Below are positions 1-12,200 of a stretch of DNA of 64,000 bases, in pieces. The stretch covers positions 372,001 to 436,000 of the forward strand of contig NIVC01000754.1 in the NCBI GenBank assembly GCA_002269645.1, in the 5' to 3' direction. Under the pieces are notes generated by a model. It had not been told where the DNA came from, did not search any database, and saw only the letters and a program-made list of their open reading frames with translations. The position numbers were made by a program, and so were the translations under genes. Each line of letters begins with the position of its first letter. Positions within the stretch are counted from its first letter, which is position 1. This stretch comes from Macrostomum lignano (taxonomy: Eukaryota).

Positions 1-3000
1 GCGCGTCTCTTTGCAGCGCGTCTCTTGGCAGCGCGTCTCTTTGCCGCGCGTCTCTTTGCTGCGCGTCTCTTTGCAGCGCGCCTACGTCTTCGGATTGCCA
101 GTTTGCGTCGTCGGATTGCGAGTCTGCGTCTTCGGATTGCAGCGCGTCTCTTTGCAGCGCGTCTCTTGGCAGCGCGTCTCTTGGCAGCGCGTCTGCGTCT
201 TCGGATTGCCAGTTTGCGTCGTCGGATTGCGAGTCTGCGTTTTCGAATAGCCAGTCTGCGTCTTCGGATTGCCAGTCTGCGTTTTCGAATTGCCAGTCTG
301 CGTCTTCGGATTGCGAGTCTGCGTCTTCGGATTGCAGCGCGTCTCTTGCAGCGCGTCTCTTTGCAGCGCGTCTCTTGGCAGCGCGCCTGCGTCTTCGGAT
401 TGCCAGTTTGCGTCGTCGGATTGCGAGTCTGCGTCTTCGGATTGCAGCGCGTCTCTTTGCAGCGCGTCTCTTTGCAGCGCGTCTCTTGGCAGCGCGCCTG
501 CGTCTTCGGATTGCCAGTTTGCGTCGTCGGATTGCGAGTCTGCGTCTTCGGATTGCAGCGCGTCTCTTTGCAGCGCGTCTCTTTGCAGCGCGTCTCTTGG
601 CAGCGCGTCTCTTTGCCGCGCGTCTCTTTGCTGCGCGTCTCTTTGCAGCGCGCCTACGTCTTCGGATTGCCAGTTTGCGTCGTCGGATTGCGAGTCTGCG
701 TCTTCGGATTGCAGCGCGTCTCTTTGCAGCGCGTCTCTTGGCAGCGCGTCTCTTGGCAGCGCGTCTGCGTCTTCGGATTGCCAGTTTGCGTCGTCGGATT
801 GCGAGTCTGCGTTTTCGAATAGCCAGTCTGCGTCTTCGGATTGCCAGTCTGCGTTTTCGAATTGCCAGTCTGCGTCTTCGGATTGCGAGTCTGCGTCTTC
901 GGATTGCAGCGCGTCTCTTGGCAGCGCGTCTCTTTGCAGCGCGCCTACGTCTTTGGATTGCCAGTTTGCGTCGTCGGATTGCGAGTCTTCGTCTTCGGAT
1001 TGCAGCGCGTCTCTTTGCAGCGCGTCTCTTTGCAGCGCGTCTCTTTGCAGCGCGTCTCTTGGCAGCGCGTCTCTTTGCAGCGCGTCTTCGTCTTCGGATT
1101 TGGAGTCTGCGTCTACGGATTACCGTGCGTCTCTTGGCAGCGCGTCTCTTTGCAGCTCGTCTCTTGGCAGCGCGTCTCTTGGCAGCGCGTCTCTTGGCAG
1201 CGCGTCTCTTGGCTGCGCGCCTACGTCTTCGGATTGCCAATTTGCGTCGTCGGATTGCGAGTCTGCGTCTTCGGATTGCAGCGCGTCTCTTAGCCGCGCG
1301 TCTCTTTGCTGCGCGTCTCTTGGAAGCGCGTCTGCGTCTTCGGATTGCGAGTCTGCGTCTTCGGATTGCAGCACCTCTTTTGGCAGCGCGTCTCTTGGCA
1401 GCGCGTCTCTTTGCAGCGCGTCTCTTTGCCGCGCGTCTCTTTGCCGCGCGTCTCTTTGCCGCGCGTCTCTTTGCTGCGCGTCTCTTGGAAGCGCGTCTGC
1501 GTCTTCGGATTGCGAGTCTGCGTCTTCGGATTGCAGCACGTCTCTTTGCAGCGCGTCTCTTTGCTGCGCGTCTCTTGGCAGCGCGTCTGCGTCTTCGGAT
1601 TGCCAGTTTGCGTCGTCGGATTGCGAGTCTGCGTCTTCGGATTGCAGCGCGTCTCTTAGCCGCGCGTCTCTTTGCTGCGCGTCTCTTGGCAGCGCGTCTG
1701 CGTCTTCGGATTGCGAGTCTTCGTCTTCGGATTGCAGCGCGTCTCTTTGCAGCGCGTCTCTTGGCAGCGCGTCTCTTGGCAGCGCGTCTCTTTGCAGCGC
1801 GTCTGCGTTTTCGGATTGCCAGTTTGCGTCTACGGATTGCTGCGCGTCTCTTGGCAGCGCGTCTCTTTGCAGCGCGTCTCTTGGCAGCGCGTCTCTTTGC
1901 CGCGCGTCTCTTTGCTGCGCGTCTCTTTGCAGCGCGCCTACGTCTTCGGATTGCCAGTTTGCGTCGTCGGATTGCGAGTCTGCGTCTTCGGATTGCAGCG
2001 CGTCTCTTTGCAGCGCGTCTCTTGGCAGCGCGTCTCTTGGCAGCGCGTCTGCGTCTTCGGATTGCCAGTTTGCGTCGTCGGATTGCGAGTCTGCGTTTTC
2101 GAATAGCCAGTCTGCGTCTTCGGATTGCCAGTCTGCGTTTTCGAATTGCCAGTCTGCGTCTTCGGATTGCGAGTCTGCGTCTTCGGATTGCAGCGCGTCT
2201 CTTGGCAGCGCGTCTCTTTGCAGCGCGTCTCTTGGCAGCGCGTCTCTTTGCCGCGCGTCTCTTTGCTGCGCGTCTCTTGGCAGCGCGTCTCTTGGCAGCG
2301 CGTTTGCGTCTTCGGATTGCTAGTCTGCGTCTTCGGATTGCAGCGCGTCTCTTTGCAGCGCGTCTCTTTGCAGCGCGTCTCTTGGCAGCGCGTCTCTTTG
2401 CCGCGCGTCTCTTTGCTGCGCGTCTCTTTGCAGCGCGCCTACGTCTTCGAATTGCCAGTTTGCGTCGTTGGATTGCGAGTCTGCGTCTTCGGATTGCAGC
2501 GCGTCTCTTTGCTGCGCGTCTCTTGGCAGCGCGTCTCTTTGCAGCGCGTCTTCGTCTTCGGATTGCCGCGCGTCTCTTTGCTGCGCGTCTCTTTGCAGCG
2601 CGTCTCTTGGCAGCGCGCCTACTTCTTCGGATTGCCAGTTTGCGTCTTCGGATTGCCAGTTTGCGTCTACGGATTGCCAGTTTGCGTCTTCGGATTGCTA
2701 GTTTGCGTCTACGGATTGCCGCGCGTCTTTTGGCAGCGCGTCTCTTAGCAGCGCGTCTCTTTGCAGCGCGTCTCTTTGCTGCGCGTCTTTTGGCAGCGCG
2801 TCTCTTTGCAGCGCGCCTACGTCTTCGGATTGCCAGTTTGCGTCGTCGGATTGCGAGTCTGCGTCTTCGGATTGCAGCACGTCTCTTTGCAGCACGTCTC
2901 TTTGCTGCGCGTCTCTTGCAGCGCGTCTCTTTGCAGCGCGTCTTCGTCTTCGGATTGCCGCGCGTCTCTTGGCAGCGCGTCTCTTTGCAGCGCGTCTCTT

Positions 3001-6000
3001 GGCAGCGCGTCTCTTTGCCGCGCGTCTTTTTGCTGCGCGTCTCTTTGCAGCGCGCCTACGTCTTCGGATTGCCAGTTTGCGTCGTCGGATTGCGAGTCTG
3101 CGTTTTCGAATAGTCATTCTGCGTCTTCGGATTGCCAGTCTGCGTCTTCGGATTGCCAGTCTGCGTTTTCGAATTGCCAGTCTGCGTCTTCGGATTTGGA
3201 GTCTGCGTCTACGGATTGCCGCGCGTCTCTTTGCTGCGCGTCTCTTTGCTGCGCGTCTCTTTGCAGAGCGCCTACGTCTTCGAATTGCCAGTTTGCGTCG
3301 TCGGATTGCGAGTCTGCGTCTTCGGATTGCAGCGCGTCTCTTTGCAGCGCGTCTCTTTGCAGCGCGTCTCTTGGCAGCGCGTCTCTTTGCAGCGCGTCTC
3401 TTTGCAGCGCGTCTTCGTCTTCGGATTTGGAGTCTGCGTCTACGGATTGCCGCGCGTCTCTTTGCAGCGCGTCTCTTTGCAGCGCGTCTCTTGGCAGCGC
3501 GTCTCTTTGCCGCGCGTCTCTTTGCTGCGCGTCTCTTTGCAGCGCGCCTACGTCTTCGGATTGCCAGTTTGCGTCGTCGGATTGCGAGTCTGCGTCTTCG
3601 GATTGCAGCGCGTCTCTTTGCAGCGCGTCTCTTGGCAGCGCGTCTCTTGGCAGCGCGTCTGCGTCTTCGGATTGCCAGTTTGCGTCGTCGGATTGCGAGT
3701 CTGCGTTTTCGAATAGCCAGTCTGCGTCTTCGGATTGCCAGTCTGCGTTTTCGAATTGCCAGTCTGCGTCTTCGGATTGCGAGTCTGCGTCTTCGGATTG
3801 CAGCGCGTCTCTTGGCAGCGCGTCTCTTTGCAGCGCGTCTCTTGGCAGCGCGCCTGCGTCTTCGGATTGCCAGTTTGCGTCGTCGGATTGCGAGTCTGCG
3901 TCTTCGGATTGCAGCGCGTCTCTTTGCAGCGCGTCTCTTTGCAGCGCGTCTCTTGGCAGCGCGCCTGCGTCTTCGGATTGCCAGTTTGCGTCGTCGGATT
4001 GCGAGTCTGCGTCTTCGGATTGCAGCGCGTCTCTTTGCAGCGCGTCTCTTTGCAGCGCGTCTCTTGGCAGCGCGTCTCTTTGCCGCGCGTCTCTTTGCTG
4101 CGCGTCTCTTTGCAGCGCGCCTACGTCTTCGGATTGCCAGTTTGCGTCGTCGGATTGCGAGTCTGCGTCTTCGGATTGCAGCGCGTCTCTTTGCAGCGCG
4201 TCTCTTGGCAGCGCGTCTCTTGGCAGCGCGTCTGCGTCTTCGGATTGCCAGTTTGCGTCGTCGGATTGCGAGTCTGCGTTTTCGAATAGCCAGTCTGCGT
4301 CTTCGGATTGCCAGTCTGCGTTTTCGAATTGCCAGTCTGCGTCTTCGGATTGCGAGTCTGCGTCTTCGGATTGCAGCGCGTCTCTTGGCAGCGCGTCTCT
4401 TTGCAGCGCGCCTACGTCTTTGGATTGCCAGTTTGCGTCGTCGGATTGCGAGTCTTCGTCTTCGGATTGCAGCGCGTCTCTTTGCAGCGCGTCTCTTTGC
4501 AGCGCGTCTCTTTGCAGCGCGTCTCTTGGCAGCGCGTCTCTTTGCAGCGCGTCTTCGTCTTCGGATTTGGAGTCTGCGTCTACGGATTACCGTGCGTCTC
4601 TTGGCAGCGCGTCTCTTTGCAGCTCGTCTCTTGGCAGCGCGTCTCTTGGCAGCGCGTCTCTTGGCAGCGCGTCTCTTGGCTGCGCGCCTACGTCTTCGGA
4701 TTGCCAATTTGCGTCGTCGGATTGCGAGTCTGCGTCTTCGGATTGCAGCGCGTCTCTTAGCCGCGCGTCTCTTTGCTGCGCGTCTCTTGGAAGCGCGTCT
4801 GCGTCTTCGGATTGCGAGTCTGCGTCTTCGGATTGCAGCGCGTCTCTTTGCAGCGCGTCTCTTGGCAGCGCGTCTCTTTGCCGCGCGTCTCTTTGCCGCG
4901 CGTCTCTTTGCCGCGCGTCTCTTTGCCGCGCGTCTCTTTGCTGCGCGTCTCTTGGAAGCGCGTCTGCGTCTTCGGATTGCGAGTCTGCGTCTTCGGATTG
5001 CAGCACGTCTCTTTGCAGCGCGTCTCTTTGCTGCGCGTCTCTTGGCAGCGCGTCTGCGTCTTCGGATTGCCAGTTTGCGTCGTCGGATTGCGAGTCTGCG
5101 TCTTCGGATTGCAGCGCGTCTCTTAGCCGCGCGTCTCTTTGCTGCGCGTCTCTTGGCAGCGCGTCTGCGTCTTCGGATTGCGAGTCTTCGTCTTCGGATT
5201 GCAGCGCGTCTCTTTGCAGCGCGTCTCTTGGCAGCGCGTCTCTTGGCAGCGCGTCTCTTTGCAGCGCGTCTGCGTTTTCGGATTGCCAGTTTGCGTCTAC
5301 GGATTGCTGCGCGTCTCTTGGCAGCGCGTCTCTTTGCAGCGCGTCTCTTGGCAGCGCGTCTCTTTGCCGCGCGTCTCTTTGCTGCGCGTCTCTTTGCAGC
5401 GCGCCTACGTCTTCGGATTGCCAGTTTGCGTCGTCGGATTGCGAGTCTGCGTCTTCGGATTGCAGCGCGTCTCTTTGCAGCGCGTCTCTTGGCAGCGCGT
5501 CTCTTGGCAGCGCGTCTGCGTCTTCGGATTGCCAGTTTGCGTCGTCGGATTGCGAGTCTGCGTTTTCGAATAGCCAGTCTGCGTCTTCGGATTGCCAGTC
5601 TGCGTTTTCGAATTGCCAGTCTGCGTCTTCGGATTGCGAGTCTGCGTCTTCGGATTGCAGCGCGTCTCTTGGCAGCGCGTCTCTTTGCAGCGCGTCTCTT
5701 GGCAGCGCGCCTGCGTCTTCGGATTGCCAGTTTGCGTCGTCGGATTGCGAGTCTGCGTCTTCGGATTGCAGCGCGTCTCTTTGCAGCGCGTCTCTTTGCA
5801 GCGCGTCTCTTGGCAGCGCGCCTGCGTCTTCGGATTGCCAGTTTGCGTCGTCGGATTGCGAGTCTGCGTCTTCGGATTGCAGCGCGTCTCTTTGCAGCGC
5901 GTGTCTTTGCTACGCGTCTCTTGGAAGCGCGTCTGCGTCTTCGGATTGCGAGTCTGCGTCTTCGGATTGCAGCGCGTCTCTTTGCAGCGCGTCTCTTGGC

Positions 6001-9000
6001 AGCGCGTCTGCGTCTTCGGATTGCTAGTTTGCGTCTACGGATTGCCGCGCGTCTCTTGGCAGCGCGTCTCTTTGCAGCGCGTCTCTTTGCAGCGCGCCTA
6101 CGTCTTCGGATTGCCAGTTTGCGTCGTCGGATTGCGAGTCTGCGTCTTCGGATTGCCAGTTTGCGTCTTCGGATTGCTAGTTTGCGTCTACGGATTGCCG
6201 CGCGTCTCTTGGCAGCGCGTCTCTTTGCAGCGCGTCTCTTAGCAGCGCGTCTCTTTGCTGCGCGTCTCTTTGCAGCGCGTCTCTTTGCAGCGCGTCTCTT
6301 TGCAGCGCGTCTCTTTGCTGCGCGTCTCTTTGCTGCGCGTCTCTTGGCAGCGCGTCTGCGTCTTCGGATTGCAGCGCGTCTCTTTGCAGCGCGTCTCTTG
6401 GCAGCGCGTCTCTTTGCAGCGCGTCTCTTTGCAGCGCGTCTTCGTCTTCGGATTTGGAGTCTGCGTCTACGGATTACCGCGCGTCTTTTGGCAGCGCGTC
6501 TCTTTGCAGCGCGTCTCTTGGCAGCGCGTCTTTTGGCAGCGCGTCTCTTGGCAGCGCGTCTCTTGGCTGCGCGCCTACGTCTTCGGATTGCCAGTTTGCG
6601 TCGTCGGATTGCGAGTCTGCGTCTTCGGATTGCAGCACGTCTCTTTGCAGCGCGTCTCTTTGCTGCGCGTCTCTTGGCAGCGCGTCTGCGTCTTCGGATT
6701 GCCAGTTTGCGTCGTCGGATTGCGAGTCTGCGTCTTCGGATTGCAGCGCGTCTCTTTGCAGCGCGTCTCTTTGCAGCGCGTCTCTTGGCAGCGCGCCTGC
6801 GTCTTCGGATTGCCAGTTTGCGTCGTCGGATTGCGAGGCTGCGTCTTCGGATTGCAGCGCGTCTCTTTGCAGCGCGTCTCTTTGCAGCGCGTCTCTTGGC
6901 AGCGCGTCTCTTTGCCGCGCGTCTCTTTGCTGCGCGTCTCTTTGCAGCGCGCCTACGTCTTCGGATTGCCAGTTTGCGTCGTCGGATTGCGAGTCTGCGT
7001 CTTCGGATTGCAGCGCGTCTCTTTGCAGCGCGTCTCTTGGCAGCGCGTCTCTTGGCAGCGCGTCTGCGTCTTCGGATTGCCAGTTTGCGTCGTCGGATTG
7101 CGAGTCTGCGTTTTCGAATAGCCAGTCTGCGTCTTCGGATTGCCAGTCTGCGTTTTCGAATTGCCAGTCTGCGTCTTCGGATTGCGAGTCTGCGTCTTCG
7201 GATTGCAGCGCGTCTCTTGGCAGCGCGTCTCTTGGCAGCGCGCCTACGTCTTTGGATTGCCAGTTTGCGTCGTCGGATTGCGAGTCTTCGTCTTCGGATT
7301 GCAGCGCGTCTCTTTGCAGCGCGTCTCTTTGCAGCGCGTCTCTTTTCAGCGCGTCTCTTGGCAGCGCGTCTCTTTGCAGCGCGTCTTCGTCTTCGGATTT
7401 GGAGTCTGCGTCTACGGATTACCGTGCGTCTCTTGGCAGCGCGTCTCTTTGCCGCGCGTCTCTTTGCTGCGCGTCTCTTTGCAGCGCGCCTACGTCTTCG
7501 GATTGCCAGTTTGCGTCGTCGGATTGCGAGTCTGCGTCTTCGGATTGCAGCGCGTCTCTTTGCAGCGCGTCTCTTGGCAGCGCGTCTCTTGGCAGCGCGT
7601 CTGCGTCTTCGGATTGCCAGTTTGCGTCGTCGGATTGCGAGTCTGCGTTTTCGAATAGCCAGTCTGCGTCTTCGGATTGCCAGTCTGCGTTTTCGAATTG
7701 CCAGTCTGCGTCTTCGGATTGCGAGTCTGCGTCTTCGGATTGCAGCGCGTCTCTTGGCAGCGCGTCTCTTTGCAGCGCGCCTACGTCTTCGGATTGCCAG
7801 TTTGCGTCGTCGGATTGCGAGTCTGCGTCTTCGGATTGCAGCGCGTCTCTTTGCAGCGCGTCTCTTTGCTGCGCGTCTCTTTGCAGCGCGCCTACGTCTT
7901 CGGATTGCTAGTTTGCGTCGTCGGATTGCTAGTTTGCGTCGTCGGATTGCTAGTTTGCGTCTACGGATTGCCGCGCGTCTCTTGGCAGCGCGTCTCTTTG
8001 CAGCGCGTCTCTTGGCAGCGCGTCTCTTTGCCTCGCGTCTCTTTGCTGCGCGTCTCTTTGCAGCGCGCCTACGTCTTCGGGTTGCCAGTTTGCGTCGTCG
8101 GATTGCGAGTCTGCGTCTTCGGATTGCAGCACGTCTCTTTGCAGCGCGTCTCTTTGCTGCGCGTCTCTTGGCAGCGCGTCTGCGTCTTCGGATTGCCAGT
8201 TTGCGTCGTTGGATTGCGAGTCTGCGTTTTCGAATAGCCAGTCTGCGTCTTCGGATTGCCAGTTTGCGTCGTCGGATTGCGAGTCTGCGTCTTCGGATTG
8301 CAGCACGTCTCTTTGCAGCGCGTCTCTTTGCTGCGCGTCTCTTGGCAGCGCGTCTGCGTCTTCGGATTGCCAGTTTGCGTCTTCGGATTGCCAGTTTGCG
8401 TCTTCGGATTGCCAGTTTGCGTCGTCGGATTGCGAGTATGCGTCTTCGGATTGCAGCGCGTCTCTTCGCTGCGCGTCTCTTGGCAGCGCGTCTGCGTCTT
8501 CGGATTGCCAGTCTGCGTCTTCGGATTGCAGGACGTCCCTTTGCCGCGCGTCTCTTTGCTGCTCGTCTCTTGGCAGCGCGTCTGCGTCTTCGGATTGCCA
8601 GTCTGCGTCTTCGGATTGCAGCGCGTCTCTTCGCTGCGCGTCTCTTGGCAGCGCGTCTGCGTCTTCGGATTGCGAGTCTGCGTCTTCGGATTGCAGGACG
8701 TCCCTTTGCCGCGCGTCTCTTTGCTGCTCGTCTCTTGGCAGCGCGTCTGCGTCTTCGGATTGCCAGTCTGCGTCTTCGGATTGCAGGACGTCCCTTTGCC
8801 GCGCGTCTCTTTGCTGCTCGTCTCTTGGCAGCGCGTCTGCGTCTTCGGATTGCCAGTCTGCGTCTTTGGATTGCAGCGCGTCTCTTCGCTGCGCGTCTCT
8901 TGGCAGCGCGTCTGCGTCTTCGGATTGCGAGTCTGCGTCTTCGGATTGCAGGACGTCCCTTTGCCGCGCGTCTCTTTGCTGCTCGTCTCTTGGCAGCGCG

Positions 9001-9250
9001 TCTGCGTCTTCGGATTGCCAGTCTGCGTCTTCGGATTGCAGCGCGTCTCTTCGCTGCGCGTCTCTTGGCAGCGCGTCTGCGTCTTCGGATTGCAGCGCGT
9101 CTCTTCGCTGCGCGTCTCTTCGCAGCGCGTCTGCGTCTTCGGATTGCCAGTCTGCGTCGTCGGATTGCAGCGCGTTTCTTTGCCGCGGGTCTGCGTCTTC
9201 GGATTGCAGCGCGTCTCTTTGCTGCTCGTCTGCGTCGTCGGATTGCGAGT
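1..9250 (-). repeat. Coding tandem repeat (15-nt KRRAA and 21-nt IRRR(R/K)LA units) with higher-order duplications
   Basis: Plus-strand units gcagcgcgtctctt(t/g) and gcgtcttcggattgc(c/g)agt(c/t)t. Near-identical ORF-track blocks are offset by 3466-3467 nt (841/4308, 1120/4587, 1306/4773, 1672/5139, 2125/5592). Confidence 0.97.
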
Positions 9251-12200
9251 CTGCTTCTTCTCTGGCGTCTTCTGCTCTTTTTTGAGGTCTGTCTCTGTCT
9301 CCTGTTCTTTTTCGGTGCCTTTCTCTGGCGTCTTTTGTTTCTTCTCGCAATCCTCCTGCGTCTCGTCGCGGCCTTTCTCTGGCGTCTTTTGGCCGCTCTT
9401 CGTCGCATTTGTCGCCGCTTTATAAGCAGTCTCTTTAGCTTCTGGATCTCTTTTCCCGACTTTAAAGGTTTGTTATTGCGACGTTTGATTAGCAACCGAA
9501 CACTGCGCCTCACGATTTCGTTCTGCAATTTCTTCTCCTTGGCGCACTGGGCTTCTCTTCGCCTTGCTCTTAGGCGCCTTCGTTTCAGAGCTGCCGTAAT
9601 CCAAACCAGCCGTCGTCGCAGGCTTTCGGTGTTCAGCTGCAGCTGCCGGGTGAAGCTTCGAGCCCGTCTTCGCTTAATAACGCAAGCTTTGTGCCTTGCA
9701 GTGGCCAAGTTTAGCTGGGCAGTGAAACTCTTTACCTTAGCCAGGTGTTGCTTGCCAAGGCGTGCGACGGTGCTGCGGTATCTGGCGTCCACGGCGGCGC
9801 GAACCGCTTTCAGCTTGGCGTCAGTCATCTGGCATGAGTGCCTGACCAGCATGTACTTGTAGGTGCCGGGGCAAGGATCACCAAACACGGAATTGCTGGA
9901 CTGCAGTTTGCAAGACTGTTTGCCGTCACAGGCGGCTCGTACCTTGACAACCGCATTTCGAGCCTGGCACTTGATGGTGCGGATTTGCGGATGAGGACAG
10001 CTGGCGGCGTCCTTTCGACCGTAGAAGACGCTGAGCAGCTTAATAACGTAGCCAGCTGGGCAGGTGATGCTCTGGACGTGATTCTCACAGGTTCGAGTCT
10101 CGGGTTTGGCTGAGGGAGGCGTTTGATGGTTGGAACATTTAATTTCGGAAACTATTTTTCCGGTACTGACTTTTGTCAGGTCTCATGGGTGTGAAATGCA
10201 TGGCAGCTCTCAGAAAATCAGTATTTTAACATCCTGTGAACTCACTGACAATCCGCTTTCCAGCAACGCCAGCCAGCTCCGAAGTCTTGGCTCGCTGCGC
10301 ATTTGCCAACGCAGTCTTATGCCTTTGCTGCTCCTGGGCCAGCGCCTGTTTCAGTGCTCTGCTCTGGCCACCCTGACAGGACACTGAAATTCATGGGATA
10401 GCAACGAATCTTAAAGCGGAGATACTAATAGAAGTGCATATTTCATTTCGTTCAATCTACAAGCGTAAAAGGCTAACGGCGACCCAATTTTTCTAACTAA
10501 ATCTCCATGAACTATACTGATAGTACGCTCGTAATAGTAATTGATCACCCCTGCCCTAACAGGAAGATGTGCAACCGACAACTCAGCCGCAGCTATTGCC
10601 CGGCGCATCTGAAGGCTGCGTACGGCTGTTCAGTCCAAGAACTGGGGGGTCGCCACACACACCTTCAATTACCTCAGCTAATGCTGGCACCCATTTTACA
10701 GCTGGGTGAACTGAAGCAATGCAGAGTTAATTGTCTTGCTCAATGACACAAATTGTTCCATTTGGGTCGAGAATCGAACTCTCAACCTTTCAGTCGTGAG
10801 TCCGATGCTCTAACCACTAGACTAGAACCCTTTCGGCTACAACCCCTCCATAAACTAGAATAGCCGAATACCACCCACGCAAGGGACCGATATGACCCTA
10901 AGCTAAGATTTTGACTGTGATTTTGAACGCTTCAATTTAGAATCTTATTGGCTTGCTTACTGCCTCCGATGCACCGCTTATATCGCCTCTTCTCAGTGAC
11001 AATCTTGGCCTTCAGTCCGATCTTCTTCGCTCTGAATTGGGCCATAAGCTGGCGTTTGCTAGAGCGGTACCTTCTCCTGACAGCCTTGAGTCGGTTTCGA
11101 ACCTGTCCGGGTCTCTGCACGCATCTGTAGCTGATCTGCAGGTACTTGAAGGTGCCGGGGCAGGGGTCGCCGAAGATAGAATTTCTGGCGGGCACCTGAC
11201 AGGACTGGCGGCCTCGGCAGCGGGACTTGGCGATGGCCAGCGCTTTCTTAGCTGCACAGTTCGTGCGGGCGGACAGGCGGCCTCGGGGGCAGAACTTGGT
11301 GGACTGGCGGCCATACATCGCCTGCTGGATGCTCACGGTGTAGCCCTTGGGACAGGCGAAGGTTCCGACGCTGTGCTCGCAGGTGCGGCGCAGAGGCATC
11401 TCTGGGGAGGCGAGATTGGGCAAGTAAATGACTGGTACCGTGGCGTCATACTCTGACAGAGTGATGGCTCATTTGAGTCATGGATTCATGGTCAATCTGG
11501 TCATAGAATCATAGCTTAAAATGGTCATAAAATCATAAATCACAATAGCCATAAAAACATAGCTCACAACGGTCATAAAACCAATAGCTCACAACAGTCA
11601 TAAAACCACAGCTCACACTGATCATAGAACCACAGCTCACACTGGTCATAGAACCACAGCTCACACTGGTCATAGAACCACAGCTCACACTGTTCATAGA
11701 ACCACAGCTCACAATGGTCGTAGAGCCATCACTAACTTAAGCCAAAAATCGCGTCTGCTAGGTCTGAGTCGTCATACAAAAGATGGATTCATAGCTCAGA
11801 ACCCCCGTAGTCATGCAACATGCAAAAAAGCTCACGTTTCTTCTGCTGCTGGCGGATCGCCTTAGCGGCCTTAGTGAAGGCAGTGCGCGCATTTCTAATG
11901 CCTCGCTTCAGTTGCTTCTTGGCCAGTTGAAGCTTCTTGATCAACAGCTGGGCCTTGGCCTTTCTGCAGCTGCCTGCAGGTGCGAGGCAGCGGTATTGAA
12001 GGTTAAAAGAAATTGAAATTAGAAAACTGTAGAAAAATCAAGAAGCAGGATCCAGGTACGTTAGCATGAGAGTCGGACGTGATACCGCAGGGAGTTGCCC
12101 ATACGAGCTTACCTGGCGGTCGCACTGGCCAGCCGATGATCTGCACCTCGCACAGGGTCAGAATGGTGCCGCCAGTGTTGACGATGCGCACCACGCGGCC

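Noticed and set aside
25-9862. Very long plus-strand ORFs (AARLFAARLL..., 2297 aa; SASLCSASLG..., >1000 aa)
   Set aside because: Antisense and alternate-frame shadows of the coding repeat. They have no splice or start context or domain, whereas the minus frame is continuous with lectin exons and a signal peptide.
2698-9888. Protamine or histone-H1-like nuclear protein; ORF ending at 2698
   Set aside because: The upstream exons supply a signal peptide and disulfide-type lectin domains. The 2698 stop is reached only after the 1-nt slip at ~2917.
10765-10830. tRNA-Val(CAC) gene (also ~30090-30150)
   Set aside because: The acceptor stem is not well formed, and both copies continue into ~200 nt of shared non-tRNA sequence, as expected for a SINE head.
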